A DNA stretch of 64,000 nt from Balanoglossus misakiensis (Eukaryota > Animalia > Hemichordata), in the NCBI GenBank assembly GCA_040954595.2, contig CM082577.2, forward strand, positions 16,995,903 through 17,059,902, written 5' to 3'. Shown one piece after another: positions 39,901 through 53,263 of the stretch. Each line of letters begins with the position of its first letter. Positions within the stretch are counted from its first letter, which is position 1. The notes below the pieces were generated by a model. That model did no database searches and was not told where the DNA came from. It saw nothing but the letters and a program-made list of their open reading frames with translations. The translations under genes were made by a program, and so were the position numbers.

Positions 39901-41091
39901 CTTTGGAAGGTGCCATCACATAAACCTTACATGACTTCATAACATGGAAAAAGTAGCCTTTGGGTAAAAAAAACACTGTGTTATATGCAGCATAATTGTA
40001 ATAGCTAACAAAGGAAGTGAAGAACATATCCTGTAATACAGCTAACAAAACCCTGAGTATTGTGAAAATAAGAACAAATCAGCAACATTAGTTAATCACT
40101 GACTTTATAACAGCTTCAAAAGTACCATATCTGAATGATTTATTTAGCAGTAAAGAATATACCAATGAATTTACCTTGGACTGATTGTTGTAGCCTCATA
40201 CAATTTAGTGAAACATCGCTCCAGAACTGCTTTGTCTTCTCTGCTGATGATGATGAATGCAATAGGCACACCATGCCCAACACCATTCTTGACAATTACA
40301 GCATAGAATGCATAACCATACGCTGTTATTCCTCTGTATGTAGCATCTATAAATACCATACTTTTTCCGAATTTCAGATATTGGTCTTTCTGAAAGGGAC
40401 TCATGTAAACTATTTCTAATGGTTGGTTGGCAACTTTGGAGAATGGTTGATAGTGGATGATGTTTGCCTGTAGATCACTTTTCAATAGTTTATCTACGCT
40501 GATGGCATCATTTCGATCAAACCTGGTTTCAGCCAAGGCCTTGTTTCGTAGATATTTTACATCTGCTGGTGTGGGGTAGTACTGGCGGTTTTTCATGTCA
40601 AGCTCCCCTCTGTTTTGTGCCCACTGAGAGCACTTAACAATAATTTCACTGGTCTGCAAATTTTGTAAGGTCCAGAGCCTTATTAGTTCAGTCAGCTCAG
40701 GTGATATTTTGCTCACGCGATAGTCATCACTGTTAGACAGATCGTGTCCCACATGGTGACTTCGTAATCTAACAACACACACCTGATGGGTACCCACTTT
40801 GGTGAAACAAAAAGACGCGTATGAGTTGCAGCCATTAGCACGGGTCAGATTTGGAGCTCCAGAGGATTTACCCTTTGCTTTCCCTCCTCTTTCACACCTA
40901 AAATGATAGTTCCCATCTGTTTGCTTCCGCAAACTTGTGTATACCCCAAGACCTCTCTCAGAAAGGGAGGCAAGATGTGCGTTAACAAATTGTTCCTCTG
41001 ATCCACTCTCTACAACATGAAGTGAACGCTGAACTCCAGTTGGCTCCTTGCGTAACTTTGATTCCACAATGGACAGTACTGAAGAATTCAT
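36927..41091 (-). CDS. Spliced MULE transposase with SWIM zinc finger(s), ~764 aa
   Basis: Exons 41091-40175, 39743-39647, 39241-39128, 38802-38627, 38233-38132, 37815-36927; GT-AG and in phase, 2295 nt, no stop. VFIDATY (D), GVPIAF, VIMVDKD..E (D), LLCWFHVLQA (CxxH), DTNNIAER (E), SWIM CECLAFSKGELCKH. Confidence 0.9.
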
Positions 41092-41149
41092 CCTGTAAAA
41101 TATTAAATAATGGAAAAATAGGCATTGCTGAGTAAGTGTATGAAACAAA

Positions 41150-42873
41150 TGTCTGCCCTCAGATGCTATGCAATGACATGTATAAACATATGAAATGAAT
41201 GTCTGCCCTGAGGGCAGCTAAGATATAGTGTTGCCCTCAGGGCAGATGCTATGCAATGACATGTATAAACATATGAAATGAATGTCTGCCCTGAGGGCAG
41301 CTCAGATATAGTGTTGCCCTCAGGGCAGATGCTATGCAATGACATGTATAAACATATGAAATGTATGTCTGCCCTGAGGGCAGCTCAGATATAGTGTTGC
41401 CCTCAGGGCAGATGCTATGCAATGACATGTATAAACATATGAAATGAATGTCTGCCCTGAGGGCAGCTCAGATATAGTGTTGCCCTCAGGGCAGATGCTA
41501 TGCAATGACATGTATAAACATATGAAATGAATGTCTGCCCTGAGGGCAGCTAAGATACATGTATAGTGTTGCCCTCAGGGCAGATACTATGCAATGACAT
41601 GTATAAACATATGAAATGAATGTCTGCCCTGAGGGCAGCTAAGACATAGTGTTGCCCTCAGGGCAGATGCTATGCAATGACATGTATAAACATATGAAAT
41701 GTATGTCTGCCCTGAGGGCAGCTCAGATATAGTGTTGCCCTCAGGGCAGATGCTATGCAATGACATGTATAAACATATGAAATGAATGTCTGCCCTGAGG
41801 GCAGCTCAGATATAGTGTTGCCCTCAGGGCAGATGCTATGCAATGACATGTATAAACATATGAAATGTATGTCTGCCCTGAGGGCAGCTCAGATATAGTG
41901 TTGCCCTCAGGGCAGATGCTATGCAATGACATGTATAAACATATGAAATGTATGTCTGCCCTGAGGGCAGCTCAGATATAGTGTTGCCCTCAGGGCAGAT
42001 ACTATGCAATGACATGTACAAACATATGAAATGTATGTCTGCCCTGAGGGCAGCTCAGATATAGTGTTGCCCTCAGGGCAGATACTATGCAATGACATGT
42101 ACGTACATATGAAATGAATGTCTGCCCTGAGGGCAGCTCAGATGCTATGCAATGACATGTACAAACATATGAAATGTATGTCTGCCCTGAGGGCAGCTCA
42201 GATATAGTGTTGCCCTCAGGGCAGATGCTATGCAATGACATGTATAAACATATGAAATGAATGTCTGAGTTGCCCTCAGGGCAGATTACTAGTATTTCCC
42301 GCCTGCCAAATATGCTAATTTTTACCCCAGAGGTCTCATATTCAAAACCAAATAGCCTAGCTTGCCGTTTATAAGTTATAACCTCTTAATATTGCTACGA
42401 TCAGAGCAGATTGATAGATATACACATGGAGGTATTATCGGATATTCACTATGCAACGAATTTCTAAAGAAGTTGTAATTTTTCTGTCATGTTTAATATA
42501 TATGTCTCGTGCATGCATCATGAGGGCCTGGTCAGCTGCGAACCATTAGATATTACTAACAAAATAACATCGTTTGCAAATTTAATTGCCCATGCAACTC
42601 TGCTAATGTAGTCAGTACGAACGTGTTGATATATTATGTATTTTCAACATATCTTTCGGGAATTTAACTTACCTTCAACAACGGTAGGATCCCACACGAG
42701 GTGTAATCTGCAGCATGCAGGACACTGGCAGCCAGGACTTGGCACTCGCCGCATGGGTTCTTACGCGGGACTATTTTTTGTGACGTCATTGAATGTTGTG
42801 TACCCATTTGCTGCTGCCCTGAGGGCAGCGCTGCCCTCAGGTCATTTTCCAGTTGCAACTTCTACCGTCTGCG
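41150..42873 (-). repeat. Right long TIR with inverted 83-bp array (~13 units, 41150-42287)
   Basis: Reverse complement of the left TIR; array units vary by small indels. Confidence 0.95.
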
Positions 42874-43291
42874 TTGTCCCACCGAACGTCGATCATGAGG
42901 TACACAAGTGCGCCATCTTGTGGCAGTGATGCGAGAACTCCCTAACTAGAAAGTCCCCTATAACTGGTAATAATAATAGTAATAACAGTCTTTATTTCGA
43001 GAACCAGCTCATAAAATATATATACATATATATGCAACATCACACGCACAACATAGACATTAAAAAATACACTGTAATGCATAGCAAATGGGTTGATACG
43101 CAGCAATGAGAGAATTCTTACTTTTACACAACCTGAGAGAAAATTTAGAGCGTAAAGTACGCTGCTTACAATGAAATGTTAAATATTATTATGTACAAAG
43201 TTGTTAGAAATGCTAATCCTTCTATCAATACCAAACAATATCCTAAAACATATGCTATGCTATGTTTCTATTCTGTCACAATCAACATTAC

Positions 43292-43812
43292 CTGAGGTGC
43301 ATCAAAGGTAGACCTTGTACTTTTAGGGATTATGTACTCATCACAAAAGCTCAGCTTATTTAAAATCCACTGGCGCTTCTCTAATTGGCCTGCACTACTT
43401 CCGCTTTTTGGGCCACGGCGATGCCTGGCATACATTGTACGCAAATTCTTTATTTTCTTGTACACACTTGGTACTTAAATGAGAAACATTGTACAAATAT
43501 ATAAGTGTTACAACACAAGTTTGGATAAATTATTTGTACATTAAGATATACTGGAAATATTAGATACAGTCACTATGATTATATAATATTTATTCATTGT
43601 TACCTATTATATTACATTAAGTCATTGTTATCTCTAGGAAATAAACCTTAAACTTATTCACTTGACTTGTCAAGACTGACAGATATTTCTGTTATTAGTT
43701 TCTCCCTAATAACCCTGTCCTTATATTCTGCATGTGACACATCCCATAAGGGCTGACGTTCTCTATACATGTAGATTAGCTGATCAACCTGATCATCTGA
43801 CCAAGTATCCAT
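43292..43812 (-). CDS. MADF (Myb/SANT-like) domain gene fragment, two exons, typical Harbinger accessory ORF
   Basis: Exons 43812-43662 and 43473-43292 in phase: WSDDQVDQLIYMYRERQPLWD...YKDR...KKIKNLRTMY...KSGSSAG...W....LSF. Confidence 0.75.
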
Positions 43813-44922
43813 CTTGTGCAAAGCTATTAAGCAAAAACAACACGCTTAAAATGAAATTCAACTACCATCAAGCCTAACACCAAGGCTGGTGCTGCCGTGG
43901 ATGGCAAGAAATGGGAAAGTAGGTCAAAGGTGAACTGAGGTCACCCGAATTGAGGGCAAAGAATAGGAACCCAAATTTGATTGTGTCCAACAAAAAGCAA
44001 ATGTCAGCCCTATTGGTTAGCCGTAAAGTGGGTGTGCACAAAGTAATTTGTTAAGCAGGTGTCACAGATGATTGGTGAAGTTGGCATTGCATTAAGGTCC
44101 CATTTGTTTTAACACAAAGGCTCTACGTGCTGTGGATGCTGAGATATGGGGAAGTAGGTCAAGGTCTATATCCAACAGAAACCAAACGTTTAGCTCTATT
44201 GGTTAGTGTGCAATTAGGTATGCTCTTAAGAGTTGAGCAGGTGTCACATGTCACAGGTGACCGGGAAATGTTGCTGTTTATTTTGGTATCATGGTGTTCA
44301 CTGGCTGATAGACATGATGCAGTTGATGACCATTGGTGTTGTGTGGAATGATACTGTAAGGCGAGGCAAAACAGGCGAGAGTATGGTTCAAAAACATCCA
44401 CAAGAAAGCATGGAAGTAGCAAAATGTGAAATAATGGAACTTTAAAAATATAGAAAACAATAAGCAAAGTACTCGATCTTGGAAAAGATTTACATGAAAT
44501 AATGGAAATGGGAAATAATGGAACTGGGAAAATGTAGGAAAAAAAATAACAAAGTACGTCTTGATCTTCAAAGACATGAGTTGGAAATTGCGGAAGTAGC
44601 AAAATATAAAGAAATGGAAGTAACAGAGTAGTGGATCTACTAATCCTGCGGAATAGAGAAATTGGTTGGGGAAGACTAATAGGTGCAAGGCAATATTGTG
44701 ATTGGAAGATAGTGGTACTGGAGAGTAATGGTGGTCAGGTAAGTGGACGGAATGAATTAAGTGTGATGTTTATAGCTAGAGGAGTTGTAATGCACTGGAT
44801 TGGGGAGATGGTGATTGGATGAGTGGAAGCACTGAATGGGAATGGACAGTTGTGGAGAGGGTGGAGTAGAATGGTATTGGGGAATGAGTGAGAGGAATGT
44901 GAGATGTCGGGGGCAGTGGAGA

Positions 44923-47900
44923 TTAATGAAGGGGTTGGGGACTAGTGGTGGGTTGGCCTAAGATGGGGAATGGAGGAGGTGGTGATGGTGGAGTGGTTAT
45001 GGGATTGGCAGGTAGCTGAAGAGGAGGGTGGAGATGGAGGGGTCGTGGATTGCATGGTGGAAAGAGAGGTGGGAGGTGGTGGTGGAGTTGAGGTGGTTGT
45101 TGCGGGTATGTGGGCGAGGACCTGGTAGTCCACGACTTTGAAGGTGGTGGGCTGCATATCGAGGAGGAGTTCCTCGGTGATGTCAGTGAGGGCCAGAGGG
45201 TGCATGGGAAACATGTTGGAGAGGATGTGAGAGGGGATGTAATCTGGTTGGTGGATGTGGTAAGGGTGATGTGGGTTGTGACTGAAGGTGTTAACCTGGA
45301 GGTTTTCAGCCTTTTCTGGCAGCTTGGACATTTTACTGTTGTTATTTCTGTGGAGAACAGTGGGAGGGTTTTCCTACAGATGCATATGTATTTCTTGGTG
45401 GACATTGCTGACTCTATCTGTCCTGTGAGTGTTGTGGCAGGGTCTGCGTCATTGGTGATTTTCTCGATGTTGACAGTGGGGGCGATAACGGTGTCTGTGG
45501 TAATCGTGAGAGGTTTTTTTTGTTAAAAAAACGAACGGATAGGTTATTGAAGTGGTAGGTGTTGCCGACGTGAACTTGTTGGATATCTTGATACCAGAGG
45601 GCGAGTTTCATGGTGGCTGTGTGGTCGGCCATGTATATCATTTTTTTTCTGCAGTGTTGTTCCTGATGGCATGGTCTGGTGGGTGCTGTGGTCAGCGAGT
45701 TGTATTGCCTTGGCTGTAGTGTTGACCTGGAATTACATGTGCAAAGGATCGAGAATGATTTCAATCGAAAATGGATCTGAGCAAACAACACAGTTCGATG
45801 TACGTGACTGATGGAGACGAATCAGTACTCATCAAAGTTTGATCACAATAAAGTTTGGACGAAATTACAAATTTCACATCTATGAATAATAAAATATATA
45901 TTACCTCGCTGGCTACCTGTAAAGCCTTGGGATCAGGAAGTATCGAAATGCGAACGAAATTTCGAAAAGTACGAGGCGAGTGACGCGGGTGCACTTTGCT
46001 GTCCCATAGCGAAGTCGAAAGCACGAGGCAAAAAATGCGTAGTGATACGACAATCATAGATGAACTACTTGTGAAACTTTTGTGCGAAAAATGGTTTACT
46101 GATGTGTTCACAATGACCTTCAAAGGTACACATTGTGTCGCGACATCCGTCTCTGCGAAAATTAAGAGTCTACAATATCGAAGCTCGTAATAAAAAAGGG
46201 AACTATTTTTATCGAGTAAGGATTTGAAGCAACAAAACGTTCATGCATATCCCTCAATATCAAAACACGAAAATTACTTTGTTTTTTGTATGGCTTCACT
46301 CCCCCCTAAAATCACATTGATTTTACCTAATCGAAATACTGAAAACAATACTGAATACATCCAAGCTATTTCTCAGCTCTCCCCTGTGTCACTAAAAAAC
46401 AACTTACCATAGCATTTCTCAACTTCAGGATTTTCCCAACTATTAAACTGTTGCCTTATCTACTTTCTTACCTTGTTTCGAGAGGTTGGGATCACCCACA
46501 AGGATGGGTGGATGAGTGAGAAATTGGCCAAAATGATTGAGGGGTATCCAAGGTGTAGTGATTTGCGACGTTGTTACTCTGAAATGTACCAGTGGGATTG
46601 AAGGTGTGTGTGGGTATAGTTAATAAGTGCAACATGTACATTGAGGTGAATGCTGTATTGTATCAGTTGGCAGGGAGGTGGGTGGGTGGGTTTGTGTGTT
46701 GAATAAATATGGTGTATATGATGTGTAATGGGAGTTGTGGGACTGGGGGACAAGTGTGGCTGAAAGTTGCGCAGAAGTGCTGTGTTGCACGGGGAGATGT
46801 TTTGGAGGGTAGTGTATTTGGGCTTCATGTAGTGTTATGTAGGTGGGTCCACTGGATAGTTGGTGTGCAGTTGGGAGAGTTGTTTGTGGATATATTGTTG
46901 ATGGTAGTATTGGGTAATGTTATGTGGTTTTTAGTGAGTGGGCTGTATATGAGCATCTTATTGAGGGCTGAGAGCGCCTGTTTGTTGTGAATTGGAAATG
47001 TCATTAACTGGAAGGCTGGTGAGTTGTGGAAGGAGCTGAAGAATAAGTAGCATATTTGGTAGTGTGTGGGGGGAGATTTGTTGTGATTAAAAGTGGAATG
47101 TGATGAATGAGGAAAAAGTATACTTACGCGTTGGAAAGGGGGTGTATTGTCCATGATTTCTTTCAATGTTAACGTCTTGATTTCGATAGAGTTGCTTGCA
47201 GAGGTGGTGTCGTAACTGAATGGTAGGTGTCTGGCAATGGCAATGTATGATCTGGTATTGAGCTGGATGTCGTTCTTGGTTTGGTCACGGCGGGATTGGA
47301 CCTAGCGCGCGTTTTTTATTTTCACTGGCCTCCTGCAAGGAAATTGGAAGTTTATTACAAAAGTGTTTTAAAGGGTTGTGGTGTGTTTGGTAGTAGGAAG
47401 GTGGTAATTAATAGTATGAGGGGAGTTGAATGCAGAGTTGGGTGTGTTGAAAGTATGTGAAGACAGTGAGTGGTTTTGAACAGAGTGTTGGTAAGGAGTT
47501 TTGGAATCGGTAAGTGTTTATGTGGATACGTTTAGGTTAGTTTTAACATAGGGTGTGTACAAGGGGGATAGACGGTGTGTGTGGCTGAACATTGAGTCAG
47601 TACATATTTAAATGTAGAATTAACATAAATAGTGTCTTGTATCAGACAAAATTAATGAGGAATAGGCAATGACAGGGAGACTTTGTTTTGTGAATAATAC
47701 ATAATTGCTGCAGAGAAGTATGGTAGCCTTTGTGGGAAGGTGCAACATAGTGGCGAGTGGAGGATTGTTTACAATGGAACTTTATGAACAGAATATAGTG
47801 TCACGCAGAGGAAGTTTTTAAAGTAATTCAGTGAAGTGAGAGTCATGTGTTATTGCAGTATGCATTGTTTTTGAAGTACTGAAATTATTGACAGCAGTGG

Positions 47901-49280
47901 TGTTTGGTTATGTTTGGGCCATTGCAGTCACTAATAAGTGTTATTGTCATTTACTACAGGGGAAAACATGGAATGAGCAGAATGAAAAGCATTTGTGATA
48001 TTAAGTGAAGTTGACAGTGTGCATTCAGTTGGAGTGTATGGGTCTTTGAATGGAAATGAAGTTTGTGAAAGCATGGGAGTGGCGGGAGTGTGACATGTGT
48101 GTTGCTTGATGTATCTTTGTGAAGTATGTGTGCAGGTGGAGGTGAAGCAGGAAGGGTTTGTAGTGAAGGTGATGTGTGCTGTAAATGACAGATGCATTGC
48201 AAGGTGAAAAGAATACTGGTTGTGGAAATTGGGGATACTGAAATGGAGGTTGGGAGCAATTGGTTGGCCTTTTGTATGGTACCCTGTGTTCTGTGAGAGT
48301 AAAAAAGTGTAGGGCTCGACAATTTGTATTTGTGGGAAGAGAATAGGATTAAATGAACATAGATGTTGTTGTTGCTATGCTAATTGTTTGTTGCGGAATT
48401 GGAAAAGTTTGGGCAGAACAGTGGTAATTGGTGGTGTGAGGCCTGCAGTTTTCTATTTCATGCTTCTATTGTAGTCTTATAGGTCAAACGTGATTGTATG
48501 CCACAAGTGTATGTTGTGTGCCTGTGTACATTGTATTACAAGTGGGAGTAGTTTTGATTGAAAAGTGCAATTGGGACCTGCAGCGGTCATTGTATGGTTA
48601 TGTGGATGGTGGTTTGCGAAGGTAGAAATGTATTGGGAACAGTGTGGTTCTGTGTATTGCTGGTGTACAGCGAGGTTCCAGTACTATGTAAACAATGTTG
48701 GCGTCAGGTGGGAAGAAATGACGTCGGCAGGAAGTACTATGTAAACAAAAGTAGTGTTTCTCCGTTGTAAAGAGTGGTCCAGTTTTCCGACGAAAAAAAA
48801 ATGAAATATAAGGGTTTGAGGTGGTTAGGCAAAGGAATGTGGAGTTTGTAGGTCGTGCATGTGGGTTTTTTGTGGGATGGATGGGAGAGAGGCAGGTTGC
48901 AATGTGTGTGGAGTGGGAAGGCAGTACATGCACGAAGCGCACAATGGAAGGATGGTGATTTTAAGTTAACTACAGATACCTGTATTTGTTGTACGCTGCA
49001 CAATGGGTGGAACTGGACAATGTAGCACGTAGTAAAGCAAGAGAAGTTAATGTACGAAGGTGTGGAATTGTGTGTGTTGTGCGGAAAAGGTGTCAACTTA
49101 CCTTTGCTTTTGAGCGTTGTTGAATTGGTCGTTTTTGGCGACATCAAAGATGACCATATCGTTGTAGCCGGTTGGTTGCTGAAATCTGGCATTGAAATAT
49201 CGAACAGAAGATCTGACGGAGAGTTTCACAGGGGTGACATCGTGGATGTATCCCGTGATTTCACTTGTGGAGTCGGTCAT
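44923..49280 (-). pseudogene. Three-exon multi-OB-fold / zinc-ribbon (RPA70-like) pseudogene
   Basis: Exons 49280-49102, 47332-47128 and 45726-~45000 are phase-compatible. ITGYIHDVTPVK...YFNARFQ, MADHTATMKLALW..DI..V.VGNTY.F.NLSVR and CICRK...KCPSCQK. One in-frame stop and homopolymer frameshifts. Confidence 0.55.
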
Positions 49281-49748
49281 GGCGCAGAGAGTAGAAATGG
49301 TGCTAGAGCAAATTGCGAGCGATGAGGGAAAAAGTTGCAGATGATGCCTGAGTTGGGAAGAATGTAGGGCCATAAAAGTCGTTCTAGTTGTTGGCAGTTG
49401 GACATGCCGAGATATTGTATATGGAGACGATGATGCGTTAGGTGAAGGTGTTGATGGAAGGATGTATAGGGAAAGGTAGTACACATGAGTTAGCACTTAT
49501 TGATGGGGAAGTCTGTCAATTTTTGCGGAATTTTAGTGCTAGTGATGGTGTTAATGGGAAGTGAACGGTATGGGGTGAGTGTTTGTGCTTATGTTTCAGA
49601 AAATGTTCTTGGATATTTTATTACGATACTCTCTTTTGGAGGATGTAGTGACCCTGAAAAGGGCCGTTTGGAGGTGTCTACCACGTCCATTGGTCCTTGG
49701 CTTGGAATTGAAGGCCTTGAAGTCCGGATTATACTGAATCTGCTGCTT

Positions 49749-51239
49749 CTATTTGCTGTTGAGGGACACAATTGGTGGTTGCAGGTTTGTTAGAGCTGCC
49801 ACTACTCCCACAGTATGATCAAATAAATCAAACATATCTAATGGGAGTTCAGCTCTCATGATGTGAAAGTCCTTCATACGCCCAATGACCCTCTCCACAT
49901 GTATCCTTGCATTTGCCACTTGTTTAGTCTGCTTGTCTTCATAGGTTGTAAGCTGTTTCTTGCCTTTTAGGTTTGGTGAAATTACAAGTCTCACATGTTT
50001 GTATAAGAGAAGTTCCTGGATTTTAAATCCCCTGTCTGCAAGGACTGTGTCACCGGGATCAAAAGGTCAGCCAGTCCAGACTGTTTTACCAGCTCTTTGT
50101 GACTCATGGAACCCCCTGCTGCTTTGGAGAAAAATGACACACTACCTGCTGGAGTACATGCCACCAGTATTTTGGCAGTTGGCCGGCCTTTGTATGATGA
50201 ATAGATCTGGTTTTTTGCCTTTGCCAACGATGGTCGTTGGATTGGAACCTCAGTACAGTCTATGATTGCTCTTACATTCCTGTACTTTTTGAAACACTCT
50301 GGGTAGTAAAGGTGTAGGTCTTCTTGCCCAGGCCATTTAATCAACGGTTTCAGCTCAAGATCCAGCAGTGGTAGCCAAGTTGACAGTACCTGCGATACAG
50401 ATAATAGGCCAAATAACTCTCTGTTAAATTGAGTCTCAATTTCATGAGTGTCATCAACAATTCATTTTGGAAAGACAGAAGACGTTTAGGTCCTGGATTC
50501 ATACTTTTGTTCAGTTGGTAACCCTTTAAACTGTCAGATTGTGAACCCTTATAATATAATAATACATGCAAAAATAACAAAATTTTGTAAACCAGTATGA
50601 AGTTGAATTAATGAATCTGAATCTTTTATTTGATCAATATCATATCTTATTTTTGAGACACTATTAGATGTTTTCAAATTATCTTCAGATTTGTAATTTT
50701 TTCTATTTTTTATGCAAATCTTCATTCTCTTGTTTTAATTTCATTATTTCCCTCCCACATACATTACATTTTGTACATGTACATACGTCATTGTTAACGC
50801 AGGTAAAATCTTTTATTTCCTCAGTGACACAGTAATTGTGGTCTCTGGCTGGAAGGTTGTCTTTTCTTGGTGTTTTTTCTGCTGGTTCTGATCCACCATC
50901 CTTATTTTTCCTTTTAACTGTGCCTCGTCGTGTTGTCATGTAACTGGATGGGTTTGTATTCAGAGACCATTGCTGGAGAACTGGTTGGATATTGATATTC
51001 TCAACATGACTACACTTTCCTTCATAGCCTCTCATATAGGGTGTTGGATGGGGTTGTTCACCCATAGGTTTGCCAAGGACAAAGTGATTGCTGCATATAC
51101 GAGTGATATCCGTGATATGCAGCAAATCTTTTCTATGGATCAGTCGGAGCCACAAGGAGCGATAGTTTGCAGGGCAGGAATGCCACTTGAGCTCAGTGAC
51201 ATGATCCTTCTTTACAATTCTGTAACTAAAAAAATACAT
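49749..51239 (-). mobile_element. Decayed THAP + DDE_Tnp_4 (ISL2EU/Harbinger-like) transposase
   Basis: THAP-like W...I.R...RICSNHF..G.P; LSFQNELLMTLMKLRLNL; IIDCTEVPIQRP..YSSYK; VSFFS...GG; VANARIHVERVIGRMKDF; frameshifts. Confidence 0.85.
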
Positions 51240-52490
51240 TGATTATCAGTTCACTATCACTAAAAAAGTATGAATAATGCATCTGTAACCAATTTGAAGG
51301 AACCCCTAACACTACTGCAAGTATCTTTAAATAAATACAAAAAGAAGGCAGAAATGAAGGCCTTCTTATGTTTCAAGACAACTCTTTAATAAATATTACA
51401 TTTTTTGTGTTTAACCAGTGTCAACAGTGCAAAAATCCTAATGTAATAACAACAGCACTAAGTACGGTTAGGGTTGATGGCGCATTCCAAATTAGAGTTT
51501 CGTCTGCTGTCTGCTATCAACTGTTTTTCACTGCAAAGTAAAAAAACAACAACAATATTTCCAAAATGAACAACAGAGAGATAATTCAAATGGTATTTTG
51601 TGCAAAAAATACTTATAAATTTGAGAAAAATGGGGGGAAAAACTCGCCGCGCTGCTGAGTTCTTACATGTATGTTGAGTGTGTAACGTACGTGTTGTAGT
51701 AGTTCTGTTTACTTTTGACGTTTTGTTCTGGTGATACAAAAAGTATTAAAAACACTTACTTGCTTGGGTATCTTCTATCATTACTGGAATTAAAAACCAA
51801 CTATCAAGGAATTATTTAACTGAAACTGTTATTTAGAAACAATAATTACCCCGCGCTTCGCGGCCGGCAATCGTTCGCACAATAACAAACGGGACTCTGC
51901 ACTGTTGTATGTGTTGCACAGCAACACGACAGTGCAGTGCCCCGAATGCCCCACGCGCTTTAAAGATGGCGGTATCCGCGTCACGGACTATGCTTGAACA
52001 CGCCGCAAGTAAGTACATGTTTGCAATTGTACACCGCATGCTTTACCGATTTTTACATGCGATGTCTTGTTACCGTAATTTTGTCTTGCGTTGCAAACGT
52101 GACTTTTTCGCTCTTACATTCCAATTTTTTTCCGGAAAAATCAGTCAGAAGAGTATAGTCCTCATTATCAGACCACGTCTAATGATTGTTTGAGCTGCAT
52201 GGACGTGGACTATCGTCCCATACTGCGGCTTGTGATCAGACTGATGCCGACCGTGGTATAATGCGATCGATCATTCAACATGTAAAGTGTTTGCGAAAAT
52301 GTTAACAAAATAATTAACTTTGACACCTTTCCAGAACATCAGCCAATGTTTTACAAATTCGTTTAGGGAACCCTGGCTTCATATACACCACTGACGTTTT
52401 TACCTATACAAAAAATATCACTGAATAGTACGTAACCAATATGATAATTTTATTGATGGTGTCATTATCATAAAGTTATTATTTTCATAG

Positions 52491-53263
52491 GATTCAACAT
52501 CTGAAGAGGAAACTGCACATGATGTGCAGCCAACATCACAAAAAAGATATCGAGTTACACTGGAATTACCACAACCTGCGAAAGAACTAATGGAAGAAAA
52601 CAAAAGACAGATGAAGGTAAACAAAACAAATTGTTCTTATGGAACTTTCTTTGGATATTAATAAATACACAAAAGTGCATGGAAGAATTTTGACTAGTAT
52701 ATATTATTCATTTGCATCATTAAATATCATTTTCATTTCTCTTGATAGGAATTTGTGCAGGAAAAAACTGGGAAGAACTTGAAGCTTTGGCTATGGATTT
52801 ATTGTCAGTGACGGCAGCCTGGTACATGTGCCGACCTGCAGCAGCAGCAACAACACCAACAGCCTCAGCCAGTACCAAACCCTAATCCTGAAGTAAATCC
52901 ACGATGGTGCAAGTGTGGGCAGTGCCAGGATATGCCCACACAAAAGGAGAACAAATGTTGTGCAACTCGACAAAATCAAGGTTGTACAACTATGAAATAT
53001 TTATTCAATCATCTTGTCCTCGATGCCAACGTGTTGGATATTGCCATGCGTTGGTCAGCTGATACATATGCCGAGGAACCCCTATGAGACAATGCCAGCT
53101 TCCGGCATTATGCATACAAACAGTACATTTACTGGCAGCATGGACGATTGGGGACAGGAAATCGACGCGTTGTTCCCTCATGTTGTGTTTTAGCTATTCG
53201 GCAGCGTTTTCCTAGCCAAAATAATGTTTATGTTGGGTATCGAGACGGGGAAATGCAGGACTA
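52491..53263 (+). pseudogene. P2X7-cytoplasmic-domain-like (Cys-rich) ORF of the kind carried by Kolobok transposons
   Basis: WCKCGQCQDMPTQKENKCC...FRHYAYKQY..W..GRLGTGNRRVVPSCCVLAIRQRFPS...YVGY; premature TGA at 53085-53087; candidate terminus ...GGTAACT followed by TTAA at 53745-53748. Confidence 0.75.

Larger units (their letters stand above)
25989..42873. mobile_element. Intact-looking Mutator/foldback (Rehavkus-like) DNA transposon, 16,885 bp
   Basis: TSD TTGTCCCA at 25981-25988 and 42874-42881; ~1.8-kb TIRs starting CGCAGACGGTAGAAG; two convergent spliced genes. Confidence 0.93.

Noticed and set aside
25989-42873. Zisupton classification (8-bp TSD, SWIM, Ulp1, many introns)
   Set aside because: The catalytic core has MULE motifs (DATY, DKD, CWFH, TNN.AE) rather than a KDZ-type core, and Ulp1 is in a separate gene.
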